Source: an uncultured Elusimicrobia bacterium (GTDB taxonomy: Bacteria > Elusimicrobiota > Elusimicrobia > Elusimicrobiales > UBA9959). From it: a stretch of 43,859 nt of DNA. Below the pieces are notes generated by a model. That model saw nothing but the letters and a program-made list of their open reading frames with translations. It was not told the origin of the DNA and ran no database searches. Location: positions 1 through 43,859 of the forward strand of contig CALMZU010000206.1 of assembly GCA_937870775.1 (NCBI GenBank), given 5' to 3'. The position numbers were made by a program, and so were the translations under genes. This document shows positions 7,171-15,334 of this stretch, in pieces; within the stretch, counting starts at the first letter, position 1; every line of letters begins with the position of its first letter.

Positions 7171-8166
7171 TTAGAAGGTCTGGGTGACCTTGTTGAGGCC
7201 CTTCGGGTTGTCGGGGTTGAGGCCCTTGTACAGCGCCAGCCGCAGCGCCAGCTTCTTCATGCGCATGTCGGTCGGTATGCAGCTGAACGGGAACTTCAGC
7301 GCGCCGGGCTTAACGATCTCGCAGGGCGTACCGCGCTCGTCCAGGGCCTTCTTCACCTTCAGTATGTCCTCGGGCAGTTTCTCCGTCGGGGTGAAGAGGA
7401 ACACGAGGTCCTTCGGGCCGTAGGCGCCAACCGGGCCGTGCAGGAACTCGGCCGCGGAGTAGCCCAGCGCGTGGGTCTTGGACATCTCGCGGAACTTCAG
7501 CGCCGAGTCCTCGGCCACCGCGTTAAGGGCGCCGCGCCCAACGAAGCCCAGCATCCCGGCCTTCTTTATCTTCTTCAGGAGCTCGGTCCCGCCGTAATCG
7601 TCGTCGACGGCCTTGCGGGCGGCGGCTATGGCGGCCTTGAAGTCCTTGTCGGAGAAGCAGCGCTCCCAGACCTGCGCGGTCCAAAGCACGGACCACAGCT
7701 GCAGCTCAAAGCTCTTGGTGGCGGCCACCGGCAGTTCCTTCGACGTGGAGAGCAGTATGTGGCGGCCGGCCATGCGCGCCAGCGGGTTGTTCTTGAGCTC
7801 CGGCTCGTTGGTGACGGCCACGCCCCTGGCGCCCCACTTCAGCAGCTTGCCGAGGCAGGCCACTATGTCCTGGCTGCGGCCCGACTGCGAGAAGGCCCAC
7901 ACCGCGCGGCCCTTGAAGTCCAGCGGCTTCTTGGCCTCGAAGATGGAGTGCGGGTGTATGAAATTGGTGATGGTGCCCGCGTAGGTCTCCCAGATGTACT
8001 TGGCGAACAGCGTGGCCGTGCCCGACGAGCCGCGGCCCACCATGTACACGGTGCCGTTGGAGCGCAGCGCCAGCTTCTTCAGTTCCCCCGCCCGCGCGGA
8101 GAACTTCTCCAGCAGTTCCGGGGTCTCGGCTATGTCGCCGTAAGTGAGCGTGTCCTGTATTTTCAT
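7171..8166 (-). CDS. SIS-domain sugar-phosphate isomerase/deaminase (GlmS-isomerase/AgaS/FrlB-like)
   Basis: Two SIS-like halves, with the motif VGRGSSGTATLFAKY and the block SQSGRSQDIV. RBS AGAGGAA lies upstream. Confidence 0.7.
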   Translation of the reverse strand: MKIQDTLTYGDIAETPELLEKFSARAGELKKLALRSNGTVYMVGRGSSGTATLFAKYIWETYAGTITNFIHPHSIFEAKKPLDFKGRAVWAFSQSGRSQDIVACLGKLLKWGARGVAVTNEPELKNNPLARMAGRHILLSTSKELPVAATKSFELQLWSVLWTAQVWERCFSDKDFKAAIAAARKAVDDDYGGTELLKKIKKAGMLGFVGRGALNAVAEDSALKFREMSKTHALGYSAAEFLHGPVGAYGPKDLVFLFTPTEKLPEDILKVKKALDERGTPCEIVKPGALKFPFSCIPTDMRMKKLALRLALYKGLNPDNPKGLNKVTQTF

Positions 8167-8195
8167 TTATTTTTCCTCTGTTGTGCCGTGGCGGA

Positions 8196-9044
8196 CTAGG
8201 GCCGCCCGGTAGCCTTCCGTTTAGCTTCGCGCAATTGTTCTATGCCGGTCTCTATGTCGCGCAGGTCCATGCCGGTGCTGCCGTAATGGGCGTGCTCTAT
8301 GGGCGAGTCGGGGCAGATATAGGTGCCGCGGCGCACGCCGCGCGGGTCCCGCTCCAGGCCCAGCCAGATCAGCCAGGGCTTCAGGTCGGAGAAGTCCTTA
8401 GTCATCAGCTCCGGGTTGGAACGCATGATGGCGTCCTCGTCGCCGAAGCCGTCCAGCACCACGCCGCTGTGGTAGCCGGCCTCCTTGGCCGCCTCCACGT
8501 CGCGGTGCGTGTCGCCTATCACGAACACCTCGCGCTCCTTTATCGCCGAGCCGGAAAGCCTGGCCGCGCGCTGCACGGCCTTCTTCAGCACCTCGGCGCG
8601 GTGATGCGAATCGCAGCCGTAGCCGCCGAAGGAGAAATGGCGCATCAGGCCCGAGGGCTCGAGCTTTATGAAAGCCCCGTCCTTCAGGTTGCCGGTGCCC
8701 AGGCCCACCATAACGCCGGCGCGGCCTTCCAGCCTGGCCAGCAGCTTCTCCACGCCCTTCACCTTGGAGTACTTCTTCGCCTTCACGGAGATCTCCACCT
8801 CCACGGGGAGGCGGGCCACGTACTTGCGGGTCAGCGTTTCCAGCTGTTTCTTCGTCGGCTTGCGGCCGGCGCCCACCTTGTAGGCGTTCTCGAAATTGGT
8901 CTTGTCCGTGGCGCCCTGCAGCTGCACGTGGTCGCAGGCGTCCTTATAGCCGGTCATCTCCTCCACGGCGTGGTTCAGCGCGCGGGCGCCGGCGCCGCCG
9001 GCCTTCACCAGCGTGCCGTCTATGTCGAAAAGCACGACCTTCAT
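8196..9044 (-). CDS. HAD-superfamily phosphatase with a ~60-aa C-terminal extension
   Basis: HAD motif I is MKVVLFDIDGTLV and motif IV is VIGDTHRDVEAAKEAG. I chose the start at ATG 9044 (RBS GGAGGGAAC) rather than the longer ORF starting at 9245, whose extension overlaps hutI. Confidence 0.8.
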   Translation of the reverse strand: MKVVLFDIDGTLVKAGGAGARALNHAVEEMTGYKDACDHVQLQGATDKTNFENAYKVGAGRKPTKKQLETLTRKYVARLPVEVEISVKAKKYSKVKGVEKLLARLEGRAGVMVGLGTGNLKDGAFIKLEPSGLMRHFSFGGYGCDSHHRAEVLKKAVQRAARLSGSAIKEREVFVIGDTHRDVEAAKEAGYHSGVVLDGFGDEDAIMRSNPELMTKDFSDLKPWLIWLGLERDPRGVRRGTYICPDSPIEHAHYGSTGMDLRDIETGIEQLREAKRKATGRP

Positions 9045-9058
9045 GTTCCCTCCGTAGT

Positions 9059-10306
9059 TCAGGCCTTCCAGGCCACGCGTCCGGCCTTCACGGTCATGGA
9101 CGCCTGGCTGGAACCGAAATAGTAGCAGAGCTCGCGGTAGTCGTCGGCGGCGAAGAAGGCCAGGTCGGCCTTCATGCCGGGCGCCACGCTGCCGCAGCGG
9201 TCGCCTATGCCCAGCGCCCAGGCGCCGTTCACCGTGGCGGCGCACAGCGCCTCCTCCGGAGTCATGCCGCAGTGCGTGCAGGCCACCGCCGCGACGAACT
9301 GCATGTTCCAGCAGGGGCAGGTGCCGGGGTTGAAGTCGGTGGCCAGCGCCACCGGCACGCCCTCGGCTATGATCTCCCTCGCCGGCGGGTACTTGGCCAG
9401 CGCCAGGTAGAAATTGGAAGCGGGCAGCAGCGTGGCTATGGTGCCGGCCTCGCGCATGGCGGCTATGTCCTCGGCGTAAACGTGGTCGGCGTGGTCGGCG
9501 CTTATGGCGCCGGCCGCGGCCCCGGCCCGCGTGCCGCCGTAGTTGGACAGCTGCTCGGAATGCACCTTGGGGACGAAGCCGAACTCGCGCGCCTTCTTAA
9601 GGTAGGCCGCGGTCTGCTCCGGCGTGAAATAGCCTTTCTCGCAGAAGATGTCGGCGAAGACGGCCAGCTTTTCGGCGGCGGCCTTCGGCAGTATTTCGGA
9701 GACTATATGGTCCAGGTACTTCTGCGGCTCGCCGGCGAACTCCGGCGGCACGCCGTGCGCGGCCAGCAGGGTGGGCAGCATTTCCAGCGGCGTAAGTTTC
9801 GCGGCCTCGCGCACCGCGCGCAGTATCTTAAGCTCGGAATCGAGGCTTAGGCCGTAGCCGCTCTTCACCTCGGCCGTGGTGGTGCCGCATTGCAGGAACC
9901 GCGCGGCGCGGCCGGCCAGCTGGGCGGCCATGGCGCGCTGCGGCTGCTTGCGGACGGCGCCTATGCTGGATATTATCCCCCCGCCGGCGGCCTTTATCTC
10001 CTGGTAGGTGGCGCCGGCGGTGCGCATAGAGAAGTCCTTCAGGCGCGGCTCGGCGAACACCATATGCGTGTGGCTGTCCACGAAGCCGGGCAGGCAGACG
10101 CCGCCGGTCTCCACCACCTTCGCTTTTTTGGCGAGGCGGTGCCGGTGCACGGCGGCGCGCGGGCCCGCGGCCTCTATAACGCCGTTCTCCACGAGGACGG
10201 CGGCGTTCTTCACCAGGCCGGTCTCGCGCATGGCGGCGCCGGCGCGCGGCGCGGCGTCGCCGGCGAAGGTCAGCAGCTGCTTTATCCCGGTGAAGAGCGT
10301 GGCCAT
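9059..10306 (-). CDS. hutI: Imidazolonepropionase
   Basis: Amidohydrolase metal site GFVDSHTHMVFA, the block GATYQEIKAAGGGI, and the hut gene context. Confidence 0.9.
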   Translation of the reverse strand: MATLFTGIKQLLTFAGDAAPRAGAAMRETGLVKNAAVLVENGVIEAAGPRAAVHRHRLAKKAKVVETGGVCLPGFVDSHTHMVFAEPRLKDFSMRTAGATYQEIKAAGGGIISSIGAVRKQPQRAMAAQLAGRAARFLQCGTTTAEVKSGYGLSLDSELKILRAVREAAKLTPLEMLPTLLAAHGVPPEFAGEPQKYLDHIVSEILPKAAAEKLAVFADIFCEKGYFTPEQTAAYLKKAREFGFVPKVHSEQLSNYGGTRAGAAAGAISADHADHVYAEDIAAMREAGTIATLLPASNFYLALAKYPPAREIIAEGVPVALATDFNPGTCPCWNMQFVAAVACTHCGMTPEEALCAATVNGAWALGIGDRCGSVAPGMKADLAFFAADDYRELCYYFGSSQASMTVKAGRVAWKA

Positions 10307-10803
10307 CAGCGGAAGTTGTCGAACTGCACCGTCACGCCGAAGTCGCCGGCGCGCAGTATGCCCATCACGGTCTGCAGCTCGTCCTTGGACTTGGAGGTGA
10401 CGCGCAGGGTGTCGCCCTGTATGGAGACGTTGGCCTTCAGCTTGTGCTCCTTCACGGCCTTCACCATCTCCTTGGCCTTGTCCTGGGGTATGCCGTTCTG
10501 CACCTTCACCTGCTGCTTGGCGGTGGCGCCCAGCGCGTTCTCAGCCTTCTGCGGCTGGAAGTTCTTGAGCGGCAGGCCGCGCTTAACCAGCTTGGTCTGC
10601 AGCACCTCGTAGAGGGCCTTCAGCTTGTACTCGTCGGCGGACTGCAGGTTTATCACGTTGGCCTTGCGGTCCAGGCTTATCTCCGAAGTAATGCCTTTGA
10701 AGTCGTAGCGGTTGATTATCTCCTTGAGGGCGGTGGCTATAGCCTCGTCCACAAGGTTGAAGTCCACTTTGGAAACCACGTCGAAACTGAATTCAGAAGC
10801 CAT
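10306..10803 (-). CDS. yajQ: YajQ-family (UPF0234) nucleotide / cyclic-di-GMP-binding protein
   Basis: The N-terminus SEFSFDVVSKVDFNLVDEAI...RYDFKG and the ~165 aa length are typical of YajQ. Its stop overlaps the hutI start (TGATG). Confidence 0.85.
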   Translation of the reverse strand: MASEFSFDVVSKVDFNLVDEAIATALKEIINRYDFKGITSEISLDRKANVINLQSADEYKLKALYEVLQTKLVKRGLPLKNFQPQKAENALGATAKQQVKVQNGIPQDKAKEMVKAVKEHKLKANVSIQGDTLRVTSKSKDELQTVMGILRAGDFGVTVQFDNFR

Positions 10804-10816
10804 GTCTTTTTCTCCT

Positions 10817-12469
10817 TTATTTCATCATCGGGATCTTAACGCCCTTCTTCCTGGCGAAGGTAGTGGCTTCCCGGTAGCCGGCGTCGGCGTGGCGCAGCAC
10901 GCCCATGGCCGGGTCGTTGGTGAGCACGCGCTCGAGGCGCAGAGCCATTTCTTTAGTGCCGTCCGCCACGGTGACCTGCCCGGCGTGCAGCGAGTAGCCC
11001 ATGCCCACGCCGCCGCCGTGGTGGAAAGACACCCAGCTGGCGCCCGACGCGGTGTTGATCAGCGCGTTCAAGATAGGCCAGTCGGCTATCATGTCCGAGC
11101 CGTCCTTCATGGCCTCGGTCTCGCGGAAGGGGCTGGCGACGGAGCCGGAGTCCAGGTGGTCGCGGCCTATCACTATCGGCGCCGAGATCTTGCCCTTCTT
11201 CACCAGCTCGTTGAAGCGCAGGCCGGCGAGGTGCCGCTCGCCGTAGCCCAGCCAGCAGATCCTCGACGGCAGGCCCTGGAAGGCCACCTTCTTCGCGGCC
11301 ATGTCCAGCCAGCGGTTCAGGTGCGCGTTCTTCGGGAACAGTTCCTTTATGGCGGCGTCGGTGACGGCTATGTCCCTGGGGTCGCCGGAGAGCGCCGCCC
11401 AGCGGAACGGGCCCTTGCCCTCGCAGAACAGCGGGCGTATGTAGGCCGGCACGAAGCCGGGGAAGTCGTAGGCGTGCTTCACGCCCTGCTTGAAGGCCAT
11501 GGTGCGGATGTTGTTGCCGTAGTCGAAGGTGGCGGCGCCGGCCTTCTGCAGCTTCAGCATCGCCTCGACGTGTATCGCTATGGACTCCATGGCGAGCTTC
11601 ACGTATTTCTTCGGGTCCTTACGGCGCAGCGCGTCGGCTTCCTTCACGCTGTAGCCCTTGGGGATATAGCCGCGCAGCGGGTCGTGGGCCGAGGTCTGGT
11701 CGGTCAGCACGTCCACCTTGACGCCGCGGCGCACCAGCTCGGGCAGCACCTCGGCGCAGTTGCCGTGCAGAGCTATGGAAAGAGGCTGCTTCGCTTTCTG
11801 GGCCTTGCCGGCCAGGCAGAGCGCTTCGTCGAGGCTCTTTGTCATGATGTCCACGTAGCGGGTCTTGAGGCGCATCTGTATGCGGCTCTCGTCGGCCTCA
11901 ACGATGATGGCCACGCCGCCGTTCATGGTGACGGCCAGCGGCTGGGCGCCGCTCATGCCGCCCAGGCCGCCGCTTACGACGAGCCTGCCGGCGAGGTCGG
12001 ACTTGAAGTGCTTGCGGGCGCATTCGGCGAAGGTCTCGTAGGTGCCCTGCAGTATGCCCTGCGTGCCGATGTAGATCCACGAGCCGGCCGTCATCTGGCC
12101 GTACATCATCAGGCCCTTCTTCTCAAGCTCGTCGAAGGTCTCCCAGTTGGCCCAGTTGCCGACGAGGTTGGAGTTGGCGATTATGACGCGCGGGGAATAC
12201 TCGTGGGTGCGCAGCACGCCCACGGGCTTGCCGCTCTGCACCAGCAGGGTCTCGTCGTTCTCCAGCCGCTTCAGCGACGAGATTATCGCGTTGTAGCAGT
12301 CCCAGTTGCGGGCGGCCTTGCCGCGGCCGCCGTATACCACCAGCTCCTCGGGGCGCTCGGCCACCTCGGGGTCCAGGTTGTTCATCAGCATGCGCATGGC
12401 CGCTTCCTGCTGCCAGCCTTTGCACGACAGTTTGCTGCCTCTCGGAGCTCTTATAGCCTTATAGGTCAT
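10817..12469 (-). CDS. hutU: Urocanate hydratase
   Basis: Full-length 550 aa with the urocanase N-terminus [32 protein letters not shown] and the NAD-binding [10 protein letters not shown]. Confidence 0.95.
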   Translation of the reverse strand: MTYKAIRAPRGSKLSCKGWQQEAAMRMLMNNLDPEVAERPEELVVYGGRGKAARNWDCYNAIISSLKRLENDETLLVQSGKPVGVLRTHEYSPRVIIANSNLVGNWANWETFDELEKKGLMMYGQMTAGSWIYIGTQGILQGTYETFAECARKHFKSDLAGRLVVSGGLGGMSGAQPLAVTMNGGVAIIVEADESRIQMRLKTRYVDIMTKSLDEALCLAGKAQKAKQPLSIALHGNCAEVLPELVRRGVKVDVLTDQTSAHDPLRGYIPKGYSVKEADALRRKDPKKYVKLAMESIAIHVEAMLKLQKAGAATFDYGNNIRTMAFKQGVKHAYDFPGFVPAYIRPLFCEGKGPFRWAALSGDPRDIAVTDAAIKELFPKNAHLNRWLDMAAKKVAFQGLPSRICWLGYGERHLAGLRFNELVKKGKISAPIVIGRDHLDSGSVASPFRETEAMKDGSDMIADWPILNALINTASGASWVSFHHGGGVGMGYSLHAGQVTVADGTKEMALRLERVLTNDPAMGVLRHADAGYREATTFARKKGVKIPMMK

Positions 12470-12484
12470 TTCTTTTTTCCTCTC

Positions 12485-14005
12485 TCACATCACGAAATAG
12501 CCGCCCAGTATGGCGTCGGCCACGGCCTCTATGCGGCCGGAGAAAACCTCGTCGCCCTTGAAAGCCGGCGAGATCTTGCGCAGCCCGGCGAGCGCGGCCT
12601 CTATGCGGGCGCTGGACTTCAGCGGGCGGTGGTACTCCACGCCCTCGGCGGCGGCCATCATCTCTATGGCGTATATGCGCGCCACGTTATGCACCACGGT
12701 CTTGAGCTTGTTGGCCGCGTTCATGCCCATGCTGACGAAGTCCTCCTTGTTGGCGGACGTCGGCACGGAGTCGGCGCTGGCCGGGTGGCTCAAGATCTTG
12801 TTCTCGTTGCACAGCGCGGCCGCGGTGACGTGAGCTATCATGAAGCCGCTTTCGAGGCCGGGGTTGCGGGCCAGGAAGGGCGGCAGTATCTTGAAGTCGC
12901 TCACCAGCTGCGCTATGCGGCGCTCGGAGATATTGCCCAGGGCGGTCACGGCGATGGCGGCGAAGTCGGCCGCGAAGCTGACGGCCTGGCCGTGGAAGTT
13001 GCCGCCGGAGAGCACGTCTATCTCGCCGCGCTTGTTCCCCTCCACCACCAGCGGGTTGTCGGTGACGCTCGAGAACTCGGTCTCGAAAACGTTCAGCGCG
13101 TACTCTATGGCGTCGCGCGCGGCGCCCATGGCCTGCGGCATGCACCTCAGCGAATACGGGTCCTGCACGCGCTTGTCGTTGGCGCGGTGCGAGGCGCGTA
13201 TGCGGCTGCCCTTCAGCATGGCCTCCAGCATCTCGGCCACCTCGAGCTGGCCGGCGTGCGGCTTCAGCTCGTGTATGCGCCTGTCGAAGGCGGTGTCGGT
13301 GCCCTTCAGGGCCTCAAGGCTCATGGCGCCGGTAAGCACGGCGGTGTAGAACAGGTTCATCGCCTCGAACAGCGCGAGTCCCCCGACGGCCTTCATTGCC
13401 TGCGTGCCGTTGATGAGCGCCAGGCCTTCCTTCTCTGCCAGTTCTATCGGCTTTATGCCGGCCTTCTTCAGCACGGTCTCGGCCGGCTGCCAGTCCAGCT
13501 CGCCGGCGAACCTGGCGGTGCCCTCGCCTATCAGCACCAGCGCCATGTGCGCGGAAGGGGCCAGGTCGCCGCTGGCTCCGACGGAGCCCTTGGCGGGGAT
13601 GAAAGGGATGACGCCCTTGTTTATCAGGTCGGCCAGCTTCTTCACCACCACCGGCCTCACGCCGGAGTTGCCCATGGCCAGCTCGTTGGCGCGGGCGAAC
13701 ATCAGCGCGCGCGCCTCGTGGTCGTCCAGGGGTTCGCCTACGCCGCAGGCGTGGCTGCGTATCAGGTTCACCTGCAGGCTCTTAAGGCTCTCGCGCGAAA
13801 CGCGCTGGCTGGCCAGCTCGCCGAAGCCGGTGTTGATGCCGTACATCACGCGGTCCTCGGCCAGCAGGCGCTCCAGGCTGGCGCGGCGCGTCTCTATGAG
13901 CTTCAGCGCCTTCGGGGTCACCGCGACCTTCCTGAAGCCGCAGGCGACTTCGGCGAAGTCCACGATGTCCGGGGCGGTACCAAGGGTAAAAGGCTTGTTG
14001 TTCAT
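12485..14005 (-). CDS. hutH: Histidine ammonia-lyase
   Basis: MIO-forming triad within GSVGASGDLAPSAH. 506 aa. RBS GGAGG. Confidence 0.95.
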   Translation of the reverse strand: MNNKPFTLGTAPDIVDFAEVACGFRKVAVTPKALKLIETRRASLERLLAEDRVMYGINTGFGELASQRVSRESLKSLQVNLIRSHACGVGEPLDDHEARALMFARANELAMGNSGVRPVVVKKLADLINKGVIPFIPAKGSVGASGDLAPSAHMALVLIGEGTARFAGELDWQPAETVLKKAGIKPIELAEKEGLALINGTQAMKAVGGLALFEAMNLFYTAVLTGAMSLEALKGTDTAFDRRIHELKPHAGQLEVAEMLEAMLKGSRIRASHRANDKRVQDPYSLRCMPQAMGAARDAIEYALNVFETEFSSVTDNPLVVEGNKRGEIDVLSGGNFHGQAVSFAADFAAIAVTALGNISERRIAQLVSDFKILPPFLARNPGLESGFMIAHVTAAALCNENKILSHPASADSVPTSANKEDFVSMGMNAANKLKTVVHNVARIYAIEMMAAAEGVEYHRPLKSSARIEAALAGLRKISPAFKGDEVFSGRIEAVADAILGGYFVM

Positions 14006-14589
14006 TTTTTTCCTCCGCTTTTCTCTATAAGGTCGGCCACGGTAACGGCGCCGGCCGTCCTGAACACGTTCACGAAATGTTCGAAGATCTTCCTGGTCAT
14101 CTCCACGTCGCTCAAGGCGCGGTGCCAGCTCCCGTTGGGGATGTTGAGCTCGGCGGCTATGTTGCCGAGCCTGTTGCTCTTGAATTTCCAGTTGCGCCGG
14201 GCCAGCAGCAGCGTGTCCAGCACCGGCAGCTCGGGGAACTTAAGGCCAACGCGTTCCAGCTCGGCCGAAAGGAAGGCCGTGTCGAACTCGGCGTTGTGGG
14301 CCACTATCACCGAGCCCTCCAGCATGTCCAGGAGGCGCGGCGCCACGGCGCCGAAGGCCGGGCTGTCCTTAACCATCTCGTCGGTGATGCCGTGTATCTT
14401 TGAGACCTCGGGCGGTATGGGCCCGCCGGGGTTCACCAGTTCCGCCAGGGTCCCTACGCGTTCGGCCCCGCGGAAACTGATGGCGGCCACCTCGCAGACG
14501 CGCGCCGCGCGCGGCGAGAGGCCTGTGGTCTCCACGTCGATGAACGTGAACACCGCGTCTTCTATGTTGAGCTTAGATGGTTCCAGCAT
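14002..14589 (-). CDS. DEDDh 3'-5' exonuclease (DnaQ/epsilon-like)
   Basis: ExoI FIDVETTG, ExoII VAHNAEFD, ExoIII HRALSDVE. ATGA overlap with the hutH start. Confidence 0.85.
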   Translation of the reverse strand: MLEPSKLNIEDAVFTFIDVETTGLSPRAARVCEVAAISFRGAERVGTLAELVNPGGPIPPEVSKIHGITDEMVKDSPAFGAVAPRLLDMLEGSVIVAHNAEFDTAFLSAELERVGLKFPELPVLDTLLLARRNWKFKSNRLGNIAAELNIPNGSWHRALSDVEMTRKIFEHFVNVFRTAGAVTVADLIEKSGGKK

Positions 14590-14613
14590 GTCGTAGTCCG
14601 CGGCTCCAGCCGC

Positions 14614-15327
14614 CTAGATATAACCGTAGTACATGTACCGCGTCCACAGGCCCAGGCCCACCGCTATCGCCACGTTAAGGGCGACGTTGAGGCCGGAAAG
14701 GTCTATGATGCGCTTGCGCTTGACGAAATAGATCTGCGCCACCCAGGCGGCGGCGAACGGTATCCACCAGTAGCCGCCGGCGAAGAAGAAGGCCCACAGC
14801 ACCACGCGCTCGAAGATCAGGAAGTACTTCTCGTCGAAGGCCGGGAAGTTCTTGCCGAACAGGTCCTTCTCCAGGAAGTACACCAGCACCGTGGTGAAAT
14901 GGGTGACCAGCACCAGCATGCAGGCTATGCCTATCCATTTCTCGCCCAGCAGTTCGCCCGGCCCGGCCACCGCCACCGGCGCGATCATGAACAGCACGTA
15001 GAAGTGCAGCACCTGGTCCACCAGGAAGCTCACGGTGCCGTCCTTGAAGCCCATCTCGTTCATGCTGTAGATGCGCAGCTTGTCGACGATGAAGTGCACC
15101 ACGGTCATCAGGGCCAGCGCCCACCAGCCGTTTATGGACACCGCCCCCAGCTTGAACCAGGGCTGCGGCAGCCAGCTCCAGACGGCGATCACGGAAACCA
15201 CCAGGTGCGTGCCGCAGTGCAGCAGCATGCCGTGCAGCGTGGTGCGCTTCAGGCGGTTCACGATGTCGAACTGCAGCGTGAAGTCCGCCAGCAGGTGAGC
15301 GAGAAGGAGTCTCCAGAATATTATCAT
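14614..15327 (-). CDS. DUF3307-like polytopic membrane protein
   Basis: N-terminal LLAHLLADFTLQ motif and a second His/Asp helix (HFIVDK), with about 7 hydrophobic segments. Confidence 0.7.
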   Translation of the reverse strand: MIIFWRLLLAHLLADFTLQFDIVNRLKRTTLHGMLLHCGTHLVVSVIAVWSWLPQPWFKLGAVSINGWWALALMTVVHFIVDKLRIYSMNEMGFKDGTVSFLVDQVLHFYVLFMIAPVAVAGPGELLGEKWIGIACMLVLVTHFTTVLVYFLEKDLFGKNFPAFDEKYFLIFERVVLWAFFFAGGYWWIPFAAAWVAQIYFVKRKRIIDLSGLNVALNVAIAVGLGLWTRYMYYGYI

Positions 15328-15334
15328 GGTTCCC

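Noticed and set aside
10712-14596. A 1294-aa uninterrupted plus-strand ORF running antisense across hutU, hutH and the exonuclease gene.
   Set aside because: Over hutU and hutH it is in exact codon register with the minus-strand genes. Antisense stops would therefore need sense codons TTA, CTA or TCA, which are nearly absent in this GC3-rich genome. The translation is low-complexity (Ala/Gly/Arg/His/Val) with no motifs, while the minus-strand genes are unmistakable enzymes.
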